A stretch of DNA of 64,000 nt from NCBI RefSeq assembly GCF_964188315.1, contig NC_135655.1:62124001-62188000 (forward strand), given 5' to 3'. A program made the position numbers and the translations under genes. This document shows, piece after piece, positions 24,818-37,314 of this stretch. The stretch comes from Podarcis muralis. Taxonomy: Eukaryota. Position 1 is the stretch's first letter; each line of letters starts with the position of its first letter. The notes below the pieces were generated by a model. The model did not search any database. It saw nothing but the letters and a program-made list of their open reading frames with translations, and was not told the DNA's origin.

Positions 24818-26779
24818 GTCTGGATCACAGTTGTCAACAAATACAGGACAGCTACAAATTAGAACTATAATTCTGTCCAAGATATATGACCATTGCCATA
24901 TCTCTTTCTGGTGACAGAAAGAGATTAGATGAATGTAAATTCATTTCTTAAGTTCCATAAACGAAAAACTAAGAAGGAAAGTACTTCATCAAACAAAATT
25001 GTATATGATGCTTTCAATTCAGCAGAAATAAGGCATAATGAAAATAACACAATAAGAGGAATAAAATAGCTTTGCATTGCTAGAGACAGATTTTTTTATT
25101 TCTTCTTGCAGATTAGATTGTTTCTGAATTATCACGTGCTAGGAATGAAATCTCAGGCTAGATTTTCTTGATCCACAGTGTATTGACCTCACAGAAATGG
25201 ACTGTGGACTATTTTATATCAGGATGATACAAATTTAATTTATAGTTTGGGTATACTTTGCTTAAAGAGAAAGGTCCCTATGTCTGTGAACCCTATTCAT
25301 ACATAGCCACTTCAACTGTGCAAGACAGATATCGGTTGTACTACGTTTTTATTTTTTATATTTGTTTTCCAATATACCCTCAATAATAGCCAAATTATAA
25401 CAATAACAATTAATTATCAAATTATACAATTATCAAACTTCCAATTAATACATTTTAGTTAAAGTGGCTCCCCACATGGTGGTTTGGGTGCATTTCCGAT
25501 ATTATATCACTGCATTCCATAATCTTAATTAATGTCAGTCACATTTCAGTTATAATAATAATCCCTTAGTCAACAGCTACATAATTAATGATTTCTATTC
25601 AAGATGCTACAATATATAAATTTATAAAGCTTCAAGTGAGGAACTTAAACTATTATCTTTATTCTGCCCTGTGTGTGAAAACTGTTATGTCCATGGAGAT
25701 TCCTTCTGTTCATATGTGGTGTTGTCTCTTTCACTTCTCAGCTGTTGCTTTCTCCCATCGTGACTTGGGGTGGAACTGAACCATTTAACTAAAATGTATT
25801 AATATCCTGAAGTTGCGTATTTGCACAAATGGTGCACGATTTCTTAAATGGCAGAATGTAAAACAGTTTATACAGGGATTGCATGTGAAGTTGGGCTAAT
25901 ACATGCCCATGAACAGTCTGGTAAAGCCCCCACAAATGATAACATGTGAACATCAAGCACAGGTTCATTGCAGGACAATGCTGAGTAAATCTGAACAATC
26001 AAATGAAACAAAAGCAAAAAGGAAAGGAAAGTCTTCAGCACATTCAAAGTCAATATTCTAAAAGGCACTTGTTTGGGCCAAAATCAGACACAGTCATGGC
26101 TTTCATTTGGAGCTCAGTCATTTAACAATGCAAGAAAGATGCTGAATTTCCACTGAGCTTTTTTGCTGTACAAAAAAGCATGAAATGCACTGGGTGGACA
26201 TGATTTATGCCATGTTGGAAAACTACATTGGAGACAGAAGAGAAGGGGGAAATCCTGGACATGTCAACCAGCCATGCTTTCTAGTTTTTCAGTGTTTGTA
26301 GCACCTGATTATTTAACTTTCAGCCAGCCTTTGGCACAGCAATAGCAAAACGACGCTCCCATACCTCTCTCCTATCAAATCTTCTAAAGCAATTGCACCC
26401 CAAAATTACTATTGCCAGGCCAATCTGATAGCAAACAGATGTTGATTCCACTGTCATTTGCCAAACCTCTGCTATGATTTAGTGTTCCTGACCTAAGCTT
26501 CATCACAATAGTGGGGCTGTATTTGAAACTCTATGGGGATCTCTAAACCAGATCGTTTTTACGCCAGTAGTTTCTTGGGAAAGTGCTGCAAATGCACAAC
26601 AGCATGTTTTCAAGTATTACTAAGAAGCAAAATGCCCATCATCATGACAGGTGGAGGAGGCAGGAGTGGGAAAAGACCTGCATCCTACAATGGAACACTG
26701 ATGTACAATGTTCCTCAGTGCCCACTGGATCCCTGTCTGTAAAGGCTGAAAAACAAACTCTACACACATTAAACATAAT

Positions 26780-26989
26780 AGAAACACCGCCACCCGACCC
26801 CACCCCCATCCATCTTCCCTCTCTCCACCCCCCCTTTTCTTCCCTCTTTCTTTTTTCTTCTCCCCCTAATGCCTCAACAAATGAAATGGATTTGTAAAAA
26901 TGTTACATGGAAAAAACAAACAAAAAACGAGGCACTACACTTCTGTAAAACAAGAAAATCCTTAATAAAATATTTTTTAAAAAAAAAAC
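26780..26989 (+). mobile_element. Possible L1-type 3' UTR remnant with A tail
   Basis: Pyrimidine-rich tract, then cttaataaaatattttttaaaaaaaaaa. No TSD found. Confidence 0.3.
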
Positions 26990-29900
26990 TAACATGACTG
27001 GGCAGCTTTGAGAGTGTCCCCAACTGTACTGTTTAACTTTCCTCCCATAGGAGTGAATGACAGCCATTCACTTGTATATGGCAGAAGTAAAGGAGTGTAC
27101 TTTAAAGGGGGCTTTAAAGTAAGAAAACACTTGATTTCTTTTTATAGGTCTTACCACTAGAAAGCCTAGTTCTCCAAAACAACTGGTGCGTTATATTTTC
27201 AAAGAATCGCTTTGGGGAACAAGGGAGCGTTTGTTTAATTCTTACTTGAAAGAAGGGACCACGTTTCATGAACATGCTTTGGACACCACTGGGCTCTTTT
27301 TGGAGGTGTGGCTGCACTAAAATCAAGACACACAGAGTGAGGACAATGGACTATAATATCAGAGGATGGAATTCAAAGTAGCACTAAGGAGATCGCTCCA
27401 TCAGCACAAGCATTTCTGGTTGCCCAATGGAACAATTTCCCCTTCTCCTCCTCCCACATTGTTGGAGTTCTCCTGATTCTCTGGAGTGGATATGGGGGAG
27501 GTATGGGGGCACAAAGGGGGAGCAGAGGGGAAACCAGTTGCATTAGTGGGAGTCCTTGTGCTGGCTTCTGCTAGCATCACCAGGTATTTGAATCTGACTC
27601 ATGGAGCACTTACTTTCACCAGGTCAGATGACTGCTGTTAAAGAACCTGCCTCCTAACTGCAAATGCAAGATGTGAAAACTGCAAAGAGGTTTAGATAAG
27701 TCTCCTACTGTGCAGGGGCAAAAGACCAGACACACCTTAGGAGTGTAGTTCACTATGTGTATAATAGTATAGTAGTTCAACTTACAGTATAATAGTATAC
27801 CTGTCTACTAAGAAGTAAGTGTATTTGTGTTTAAAGGGCTTATTCCCAGGTAAGTAGGATTGCAGCCTAGGTGTTGGTTTATGGCTAGCAGTGGGAGAAA
27901 GCAGCATTTTTTGTCCCTTTAACAACTGTGTAGCAGACAGAAATTCAAAAGGTTGTCATTTCTGGAATGAAAATACAGACCAGGGGGAAGTTTTACCTGT
28001 TCACATTCTGTCTGACATTTTATTACCTGTATGGCCACTGATTTATTTTTTGGACTCTCTCAGTCCAGTTAAATGAAAGCACTTCATGTTAATCGCATGC
28101 TATTGTGCTGAAATAAATGGCATGCTTTGGGTTTAAGCCAATCACTTCAATGTCATTGTGGTTGTGGCTTTGACAAGTAATTCATGTATGTGTCACTCAA
28201 TCACAAAGACTCTGTGAAAATTAAATTTGGGGCACATTTTCTTTTTTATTTCTCCTGAAGGGGACATTTTGTAAGACAATGCCCTTCCTGTAAAAGAACT
28301 TTCAGTCAAAATGACACTTTCATTGTGAATTGAAGCAACAAAGAGGAAGGTCTGGGCAGAAAATTTGCTGTCCTAAGAGTACCACAGTAACCACAAAATA
28401 CAAATTGTTTAAGTCAATGTATTTGGATTTATGTCCCATTGAAATGTAAGCATCTAATCTGGCCTACATCCAAGTGCTCTAGTGAACAGGCTTGTGGGTC
28501 GCAAGCACAGGGTCTTCTGTGACAGTTTCCATAAAGCATTAAAACAGAAAAAGCACATTTCAAAAGATGCATCCCATCCAACAGGCCAGGACTATAATGG
28601 AATTGCACCACAGACAGGATCAAGAAGTGATGCCAGCAGGATGAGCTGTTGTAAACCATTTCTCCCTGCATTTGGGATGATTGCCATTTTGCTTCACTTT
28701 ATTAGCCTACAAAGGAGATTCTGAGCTTTAACATTGTCTTTTCAACTCCTAGAAGTTTCAAGTGATTTATATGTTGTCGTGAGATAGCATTGCCAACAAC
28801 ATAGCGAATGAATTCAAATAAACAGAGCAGTTGCCTCTGCTGTTAGCTTGGATATATTTGGGCTTTGTGTGGAGATGAGGTGGGCCAACTACTCTTCCTT
28901 GCCATTCATGTTTATAAACCATTTTTTTCACTTGGTCCAGGGGGAGATGGCAGAGAAAATGATTCAAATAACTGGCCAGATCCAGTTCCACACTCCTATG
29001 CCAACTGGAGAGGTCACCCCATATATCTGAAATGTCTTCAGTAAGAAGAGATGAATGCTGAAAGGAAAAAAGTGGCTGTTTGAAACAATAGCAAAAGCTT
29101 ATGCAAAGCGGGGGTGGCTGGATGTTGAAAGAAAAATCAAAGTTTTAAACAACAACAGAGGTTTGAGTAAAGCAGGGTTAGAGGGACACTGAGTGGCTGT
29201 TTTTAAAACCAATATTACACACACACACACATATATCTGACAGAATTCAAGACTATGTTGTCTTGGGAGCAGACAAGTGCTGTTGCTTCCTGGGATGGTA
29301 CAGAGGCAGCAAATTGGCAAAGGCAGGCTGGCATGGGTGCAGCAGATTGGCTCCTCTGGTGAGCCCACATCACCCAATCATGCCACTGCTCTGTCCTGTA
29401 CCACCCCAGCAACTGAGGCCTGCTCCAATGAGCCACTACACCATGCTGGTTTGCTCATTCCTTCACAGTTTGTCTTTCTCTTAGCTGCATCCACAAATTT
29501 ATATTGGCAAGCTCCAGTCCAGATGTAGTCCTTGCCCCTTTCATAGGATGCCCACTGTGCCCACAGCATCAGCGCAGAGATGAGTGACCACATGGTCAAC
29601 CCTTTTTCTCAAAGCCTATGCAGATGCAACCTCAAAATGATGTTCTAAAGTAAATATGGATCCAGCAGGATTGGAAGCATCAGGGGCTTAGGGATTGATG
29701 GATGTCAGGTGGCAGGCTTTTAAAGTACATGGCTTAGCTTCAGTTGGTATAATATTCTTGCAAATCCAAATATATCTTTTAAAAACTGAGTGTAAACCAT
29801 AGGTTCTGCCAGCAAAAAAAGTGATTTTGGCAGCTGGATTTGACAGGGGGAAATGAAGTGGAAGCATATTTCCTTACAAAAATAATCAATATAAATTCAT

Positions 29901-30999
29901 GGTTCTAGGACAAGGATGTGATCTGCATTGTGGGCAGCAGAAAACGAACACAAATATACCTTAAAACAAGAAATGGAAAGTGTTGTGTCAACATATGCAA
30001 ATAATGGCTGCCTGGAGCAAATTACAAAACAGAAAATAAGTCATGACATAATTTTGGTTGAGTTTTTTAAAAAGGCAGGGTATTTTTTGTTTTGTTTTGA
30101 TGGGGTAAAATGAATTTGTCCTGAAAGAGTTCTGGAGTTAGTCCAAACTGTTTCTACTCAGAAGTAAGTCCTACTGAATTCAAGGGAACTTTTCCTGAGG
30201 TAAAGTTGGAATTTGGAATCAGATTGTAGCCTCCTAACCATGGTTAAGTACGTGGTAGTACATCATAGGTTCAAACAGAATTAAAGTCAGGTTTTCAAAT
30301 CATTGTTTGAGCTAACTTTACTTTCTCTTTGAAAATGTTGTTTGTTATAATAAATGCATCCCTACAGGCAAATATTTCAGAGTGGGTAACAAACAATATT
30401 AAACAATCATTGAATAACAAAATAAAATAATAATTGATTTTTAAATTTGGAAAAGAAGATTATAATAATATCTGAACATTAATAGCTGTCAGGTTTTAAG
30501 AGAGAGTTTAACCATTGGGATGCTACCACAGAAAAGGCCCTTTCTCAGTCCAGATACTGCTCTATCCTCCACCCTGGCCAGAGAATAACAGACAGACAGA
30601 CAAGCACAATACTTTTTGGCTGGGAAATTCCTGCCCAGTTCCGAATACAGGGATCAGCAAAGTCAGAGCAAAATACAAGAGAGGGAGGGTCTGAGATCTG
30701 TTGATGGAATGGATGAAAAGGTCAGGGGAGGATCATCTTAAGTACCCTGGGAGCAGACCTGAACAAAGCCAGTGGCCTTGGCCAGTCCTGCCCCCCAGGC
30801 TTGGCCAGCCCCAAAGCCTGCCCCCAATTGGCCAATTTGTGAGCGGGCTAGGATCCACAGCCAGGGCCTGTAAGCCTCCCCAATGGCTGATGGCTGCCAT
30901 TAAAAGTCATCCCATTGTTGGCTTGTGTTAGCTGGGCAACACTGGCCTGCAGCATCATTGTGCCTGTTTACTTCTCATACAATGTAGAGCTAAACCAAC

Positions 31000-31160
31000 A
31001 GATGGGTCTCTGTAAGAAGAGATGCTCCTTCAAACATGTAGATTCCAAGTTGTTTAGGGCTTTATACATCAGCAACAAAACCTTGACCAGACAGGAACCA
31101 TTTTGGCAGCTATCACAGTTCTTTAGGAACAGATGAAATATGACCCCAGCTGGTCACTTC
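31000..31160 (-). mobile_element. L2 LINE fragment
   Basis: ttgtttagggctttatacatcagcaacaaaaccttga is the reverse of the L2 FKVLL.MYKAL motif. Confidence 0.55.
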
Positions 31161-31429
31161 ATTCTGACTGCTCGTACCCTCCAGTTCCCATAAGAAGGGA
31201 GGTGGAGGAATGGGAAAGGAAGACATGAGCCCATGCTCCCAATTTCCTAACCATGGTTAGGAGATCAAGAATGCTTTCTTATACAAAGAGGTATTATCGA
31301 TACAACAGTTTTAGGGTGCAGTCATAGACCCACTTACCTTGAAAGCTTGACTGAACGCAATGGGATTTACTTCTGAGTCAATTTGTAGAGGATTGTAAGT
31401 AGTATAAACATGCAACAAGTTCTACCATC

Positions 31430-31580
31430 CACCCCACAACTCTTTGAGGTAGGTCATTCTTATTTTTATTCTACAGATGGGCAACCAGGTCTAGGTGAAA
31501 GTGACCCGCTCATCCCCAGAGTGCAGATGAGCACAAGTTGAACTCAGGCCAAGACAAATGCTTAAGCCACTGGAACACAT
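31430..31580 (-). mobile_element. MIR-like (CORE) SINE remnant
   Basis: ccacaactctttgaggtaggtcattcttatttttattctacagatgggcaacc resembles the MIR core. Confidence 0.5.
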
Positions 31581-31639
31581 TTCCTTGTTTATTGTTTTAA
31601 AAGCAAGACAGTAACATTTCCATTCTGGTACATACATAC

Positions 31640-31800
31640 ATAATTTTATTGTATGCCACCTTTCCATAGTCCAAACCATGCTCAAGGTGCCTTACAGCAT
31701 GAAAAATAATAATAATTACAAACATAACAGGAGTGGTCATAAGCAATAACACATCAAAGCACATGAAAAATGATTGCCACACAAATCATGAGGTCTAAAA
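31640..31800 (-). mobile_element. L2-type 3' end (same family as 62290-62520)
   Basis: ttttattgtatgccacctttcc...ccatgctcaaggtgccttacag is the reverse of gtaagcagccttgagcatgg...gtggcatacaaataaaat. Confidence 0.55.
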
Positions 31801-33873
31801 TAAAGATTTTAAAAAATCAATAAGAGCAACAACCACCACCAACAAACCCTGCTAAACAATACCCCAGCCCGAAAGCCTCTTCGGCAGCCTCAGCTTTTGA
31901 ATCTGGAGTCTGCCCTCCCAAGCCAGGAAGAAAAAGGCCTCCAGGACTCACATCCAAAATGGTCTCTGGCCACTTCAGCAGCCTCAGCCTAATTAACAGG
32001 TGTAGAGTCATAAAAAGAAATGTGAGAAAAGATTTCATGAAGATGTTTACAGGAAACCTTTGCAGTGTGTGAACGAAAATCAGGGTGTAGGTCCGCAGTC
32101 TTGGCTTGTCCTTTTGTAGGCTTTCCATTGGCTCCCCACCAAATCTACAGGAGCTTGTTTTGTTTGTTTTCATTTTTGGCTACAGAGCAGTTGGCTTCCA
32201 ATGAATTCAGTTCAACAACAGGAATACAGGGTGTTGCGATAACCGGTTATCATGCAATTGTGTATTTAATTCAGAAAGAATGCAGACAACATGGTCTGCG
32301 TGGAAGGATAATGATGGAAATTTAGCAGTAGAGAATACAGATGGGGGGAAATTGTGTCTGGGCACTTAGTCAATGTTGTGACTCTAATTATTATTATTAT
32401 TATTACTGCAAAACCACAGAAGAATATCATATAACAAAGGCCAAAAGAACGAATGAAGACACGTTTCCATATTGCCTACAGCAGAGGTCCCACTGTGATA
32501 TTGCTTCATGCACAGCAGCTACTTTCAGGGCTCGAGCTTCCACTGATGGGACCTTAGGAGACTTCATGTCATTATGGATTATGCCAGGAAAAAGAGACTC
32601 TGCCTGAAACTTTATACACTGTTGCATTGGAGATCAAATCTGCCTTTTCACTTAGTACCCTACAGCTAAAGTTAACTAACCAATGAACTGAATACCTGAT
32701 TCCGTTCTGGCTTGTTTGATGCTTGAATGCACAACCAGCTTGGCTTCATGCCTCGTCCAAGTTTAACACTTTTTGCATTTAACAGAGCCAAGGTCCATTT
32801 ACACCTAAATGCATTCCATCCCCCCCCCCCTTCTGCCTCGCATAGTATTCCACTGTTACATAGTGCTAGGAAACTAGGTTGGTTTAAAATGGGGTAGTGA
32901 TGGAACAAGAAGAAGGGAAAGAAAAGACTGGGATTACTTTTGGTTCACATACGATGATTTCTGTAACAAAAACAAAATTAGAATAGTTTAGTCTTGCTGG
33001 AAACAATATTTCAGTTGGCGCATGTAATCCAGCATACGAACGTTTTCCATCAAAAACAAGCTTTGATTATATTGAGATAATGTCAATAACATTTTGCAGA
33101 CTACATTTAAAAGAAAATGTATTTAATTTGTGCTGTGATTTATTGTGGTGGAGAACAGTGCCAGCCCTTCCATTGTCAGCAGATGCTGAGAGATGGCAGC
33201 AAAGTGAACATGTGCCATTGCCACACCCTACATGGCCTTAAGATAGCCTACTGCTTCAGGTACGGGGGGAGGATGCTGCCTTGTCATAAGGGTTGAAATA
33301 AGATTCAAAAGCCAGTCCAGTCACCCCCTAAATTGGAAATGTAGAGGGGGCACCAACGTATCCTTCACCTCAGGCAATCAAATGTCTTAGGCTGGCCTTG
33401 ATGGAGAATAGGTACCTAGACATAGCTACATCATAAACTTCTTGTGCCCATATACCGTAATTGGGAGGTGGGGTTTGGTGAGACACTTGAGTATTCTGTG
33501 TTAAAGAATCCTCACACAACAGGGGACCTGAAGCCCCTACATATTTCTTCTTTCATTTAAAATGCAAGCCAATGGTTAGTTTTGTATGTGTGCCCAGGAC
33601 CCCTTTCTATTACTTTCTCTGAAACGTGCAAACTCTCTGCAATTCCCATCCCATTGTTAACAGATACAAAGTTGCCGGATGTATATATTCATTCCTCTTT
33701 CTACTATACTTAGCAGATGACTTTTATGAATCTTCATTTTTCCATTTTCTTCAGAAATGTTGAGTTTTTTCCTTAGAGACATAACTTCCTCAAATGCGAT
33801 TAGCTCTCCATTTCTCCACTACTCCCATTTAAGTTAGGGTAGCTAAATGTGGCATGTGCCTGTTTCTCTTGCA

Positions 33874-34009
33874 CAAGCATCCCCAAACTCGGCCCTCTAG
33901 CTGTTTTGGGAGTACAACTCCCATCATCCCTAGCTAACATGACCAGTGGTCAGGGATGATGGGAACTGTAGTCCCAAAACAGCTGGAGGGCTGAGTTTTT
34001 GGGTGCCTG
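33874..34009. mobile_element. hAT MITE (URR1-like, near-palindromic)
   Basis: Perfect 8-bp TSD CTCTTGCA at 33866-33873 and 34010-34017. Confidence 0.85.
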
Positions 34010-34038
34010 CTCTTGCATTTTCAGTAAGCGTCAGCTGA

Positions 34039-34465
34039 CAGGAACCTACGTAATTGCCTTATGCCATGATAGAAAGAGTACTGGCCCATCAAACCCAGTA
34101 CTTTTCATACTGACTAGCAGCATCTCTCCAAAATTTCATACCTGGCTCTTTCCTTGCCCTAGCTGGAGATGCCAGGAGAAGAAGAGTTTGGATTTGATAT
34201 CCTGTTTTATCACTACCCGAAGGAGACTCAAAGCGGCTAACAATCTCATTTCCCTTCCTCCCCCACAACAAACACTCTGTGAGGTGAGTGGGGCTGAGAG
34301 ACTTAAGAGAAGTGTGACTAGCCCAAGGTCTCCCAGCAGCTGCATGTGGAGGAGCAGGGAAGTGAACCCAGTTCACCAGATTACAAGTCCACCACTCTTA
34401 ACCACTACACCACACTAGCTCTCTACCTTTTGCATATAAAATGTGTGCTCTACCATTGAGCTCTT
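34039..34465 (-). mobile_element. Squam2-like SINE split by a Squam3-like SINE (34176-34423, minus)
   Basis: Squam2 3' half at 34039-34175 and head at 34424-34465 flank a complete Squam3 copy (head ...accactacaccacactagctctc). Confidence 0.7.
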
Positions 34466-35136
34466 GCTCATTCCCTTATTCAGCCATTTATAAACATTGT
34501 GGGGGAAAGATGGCTGCCGGCTGAATGACTTGAGGGAACTAAAGCTTGAGCTCTGCGTTAGTATTGTGTTATTTGTGCTATTTTATTAGTGTTTTATTAT
34601 TGTTTTAAGTGATAAGGAAGATTAATAGTTGAACGAAACCTGCTGTGAACTTTTACTGCAGCTGAGAGAGTATAACTCCCTAAAGGAAAAGAACGTGACT
34701 AGAGAGAAATCCTTGGGAGGAAAGAAAAATTGCTTACCTGATAAGGGCCTGGAGAGGCCTTGGAACCTCTCCCTTTTACCTAAAACTGCCTTGCGGAGAG
34801 CGCTGCGACGGAACTAATGATCCTAGTTTAATTAAGTTTTTAACTCAAAGTTTTAAGGTACTGAGACCCTGAAGGAAGATATATGTATATATATTTTAAA
34901 GTGGTTTTTTTTTTGTTTTTTTTTTTTTTTTTGAGCCTCTTGATTGTTGCCGGGGGAGTACTAGAGCCTCTGCGGTAATCACTCTGCAGCAATTGAAGAA
35001 GTAAACTCACCCCTGCTTCTCCACCACGTTGTCTTTCTTCTCTTTTACAAATACCTCCTGTCTATTTATCTCAGTCAATCCATCGTAGCGTGTTTTTTAC
35101 AACAATAAAGAAATAATTTACAACTTTAAAGAAACA

Positions 35137-37245
35137 ATGGTGACGACCAGGAGTGGCTGCAAAACCTCAGGCTTTTCTCTGAAGGCTGTAAGACCCACCT
35201 TTAAAAGAACCACTCAAAAGAAAGCACAAACAAAAATCACTCGTTTCTACATGAACAGAGCAAAATGTGGAACAAATGAGGAAACGACTGAAATGAATGA
35301 GAACAAGAACAAGAAGGGAAGAGAAATTCTACTCTCTCCTACCAATCTCTCTTACAGCCATAGGGAAGGACTGGATATGCAAAGAAAGGAGTGTACTAAA
35401 AGCAGCGATAAAAGCCTGAATATATTGGAAGCAACACAAAATATCCTCGATACAGCTGATGAAACATCCCCGAAACGGATAGCCAAATCCCAAGTTCCCC
35501 CCGAACCATCGTTAGATCAAAAAATGGAGGAACTAATGTTAAAACAAATTTCGGAATTGGCCTCGGGAAATATTAAACCTTCGAAAGACTCTTATCTTCA
35601 TTCCCACGAGACAAATGAAGAAGGTCTCTCAATCATCAAATGGCTAGTGCTCCTTACCGAGGACATTGAATCCATAAAGTCCTACTTGGACAGTTGCACA
35701 AAAATTCTTACCATCATGGCTGACTCCTGTAAAACTCTCTGGAGAAAACCCGTTGGGATGCCTGTAGAATCGGAAAGTAATCATGGCATCGCTTCCACCC
35801 TCTGTAGGAGTGGCCCATTAAGGAAGGGTAAGAAAGCCTGCAGAGCTAATGCTTATAAAAGGAGATCCATAGTTGTAAAAAATGTTAAAAAAAGTAAAAA
35901 CATAAAAAATCTTAAGACAGTGCATTATAAAAAAATGGTTTTTAAAAAGCTTTTTAACCTACTCGAGAGCACATCAGCCTCTGGGACCAGAGGGAACCTG
36001 GTGAAGTCTTTAGCCAAGAAGTCAGTTAAACAGGATTTGTCCCCAAACCTCTGTGCTGACAAAGCTTTAGATTGTCTAAAATCTTCAGCGCTTGCTCCAC
36101 CACCAAGCTCTAAGCAAGATTTATTGCCCCAAGATCCATGGTCCTACGTTTTAACCATAGACAACTCCAAATCCAAGAAGGAGAGCATTTCAACAAATAA
36201 GAACTGGAAGCTGGTGTTGCTTCAAAACAAGCTTGTTTTTTCAAGCTATCCTAAGCCTCCAGGATTTTTATCTCAAGAGGATCGCAAAGTCCATCTACTG
36301 AACTTCCTTAAGGCATACATGCCAGGTACTTTGAGTAATCCCTCGGAGTTGGACCAAGTGGAATATCTATATTTTGATGGCTTGCTTGCCAGGGCGGTGG
36401 TCACATTCCATGATCGGAGATTGGCAAAACTGATATATAAACACAGAGAACATCTAAAGACAAGTGGTGTAAAAATATCAAGGTACTTTAAAAATGAGGC
36501 CTCTCCTATCCCACTATTACCCAGCTCTGCAACCTCGACTGCAGCACCTCATCAAAAGGCCGAATACCACACTTTAATTGATATAAAAGCCACTGAGGAC
36601 TTGCCTAATCACCACCCAGAGTTACTTACTAATGATCTTCAAAGACCAGACTCTCCCGGGACTTTATATGAGGCGAGCCAAGGTGACGGGTTTGAAAGTT
36701 TTGAAAATAACTTAGTTTACTCCTACTGCGCTCTCCCCCAAGAAACTCAGAACAAAATACTTGATAGATTGGATAACCTTCGTTCTTGTCTGACAAATCT
36801 GACGAAGGACCAACCGGGACCACACAACCAAAACATATCTGATTATGTCCCAGATCAGGCTTCATGCTTCTATCGTCACGAGCTGGGTTTATGGATCGGG
36901 AAACCCTCCGTTACCCCAGGCCAATTGGTTGTTGCGGAGATGAATCCATCCTCTCAGATCTTGGAGCCGAAACGCCCCTCCCATAACCCAGCTCGTATGC
37001 AATCCATCCCAGAGGCAAACCTGGTCACTACATTAGCATGGGATAAAATGAGAGAATTAAATGAGATTGAATTGGGCTCCCCAAATAAAGTGCCCAGCAT
37101 GGGTGCGCCAGGTTGCAATCCTAGCATTCCACCCTCCTCAAATGTGAGCATACTGAATACATCTTTAAACATCATTGAATTAGCATCTGAACTATCTGAA
37201 CCCGCTGTAAGGGCTAATAGTAAGAACCAGAGGAATTTGGTGTGA
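35137..37245 (+). CDS. LINE ORF1 (702 aa): basic, largely low-complexity, with a central RRM-like segment
   Basis: Uninterrupted ORF upstream of APE-RT. The segment LVFSSYP...RAVVTFHDRRLAKLIYKHREHLKTSGVKISRYF resembles LINE ORF1p RRM/CTD spacing (inference). Confidence 0.8.
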   Translation: MVTTRSGCKTSGFSLKAVRPTFKRTTQKKAQTKITRFYMNRAKCGTNEETTEMNENKNKKGREILLSPTNLSYSHREGLDMQRKECTKSSDKSLNILEATQNILDTADETSPKRIAKSQVPPEPSLDQKMEELMLKQISELASGNIKPSKDSYLHSHETNEEGLSIIKWLVLLTEDIESIKSYLDSCTKILTIMADSCKTLWRKPVGMPVESESNHGIASTLCRSGPLRKGKKACRANAYKRRSIVVKNVKKSKNIKNLKTVHYKKMVFKKLFNLLESTSASGTRGNLVKSLAKKSVKQDLSPNLCADKALDCLKSSALAPPPSSKQDLLPQDPWSYVLTIDNSKSKKESISTNKNWKLVLLQNKLVFSSYPKPPGFLSQEDRKVHLLNFLKAYMPGTLSNPSELDQVEYLYFDGLLARAVVTFHDRRLAKLIYKHREHLKTSGVKISRYFKNEASPIPLLPSSATSTAAPHQKAEYHTLIDIKATEDLPNHHPELLTNDLQRPDSPGTLYEASQGDGFESFENNLVYSYCALPQETQNKILDRLDNLRSCLTNLTKDQPGPHNQNISDYVPDQASCFYRHELGLWIGKPSVTPGQLVVAEMNPSSQILEPKRPSHNPARMQSIPEANLVTTLAWDKMRELNEIELGSPNKVPSMGAPGCNPSIPPSSNVSILNTSLNIIELASELSEPAVRANSKNQRNLV

Positions 37246-37314
37246 CATCCGGAATGCACCACGCATACCTCACTAGCACCCTTAAATCAAAGATCTCTCC
37301 AAAATATTTCTATT

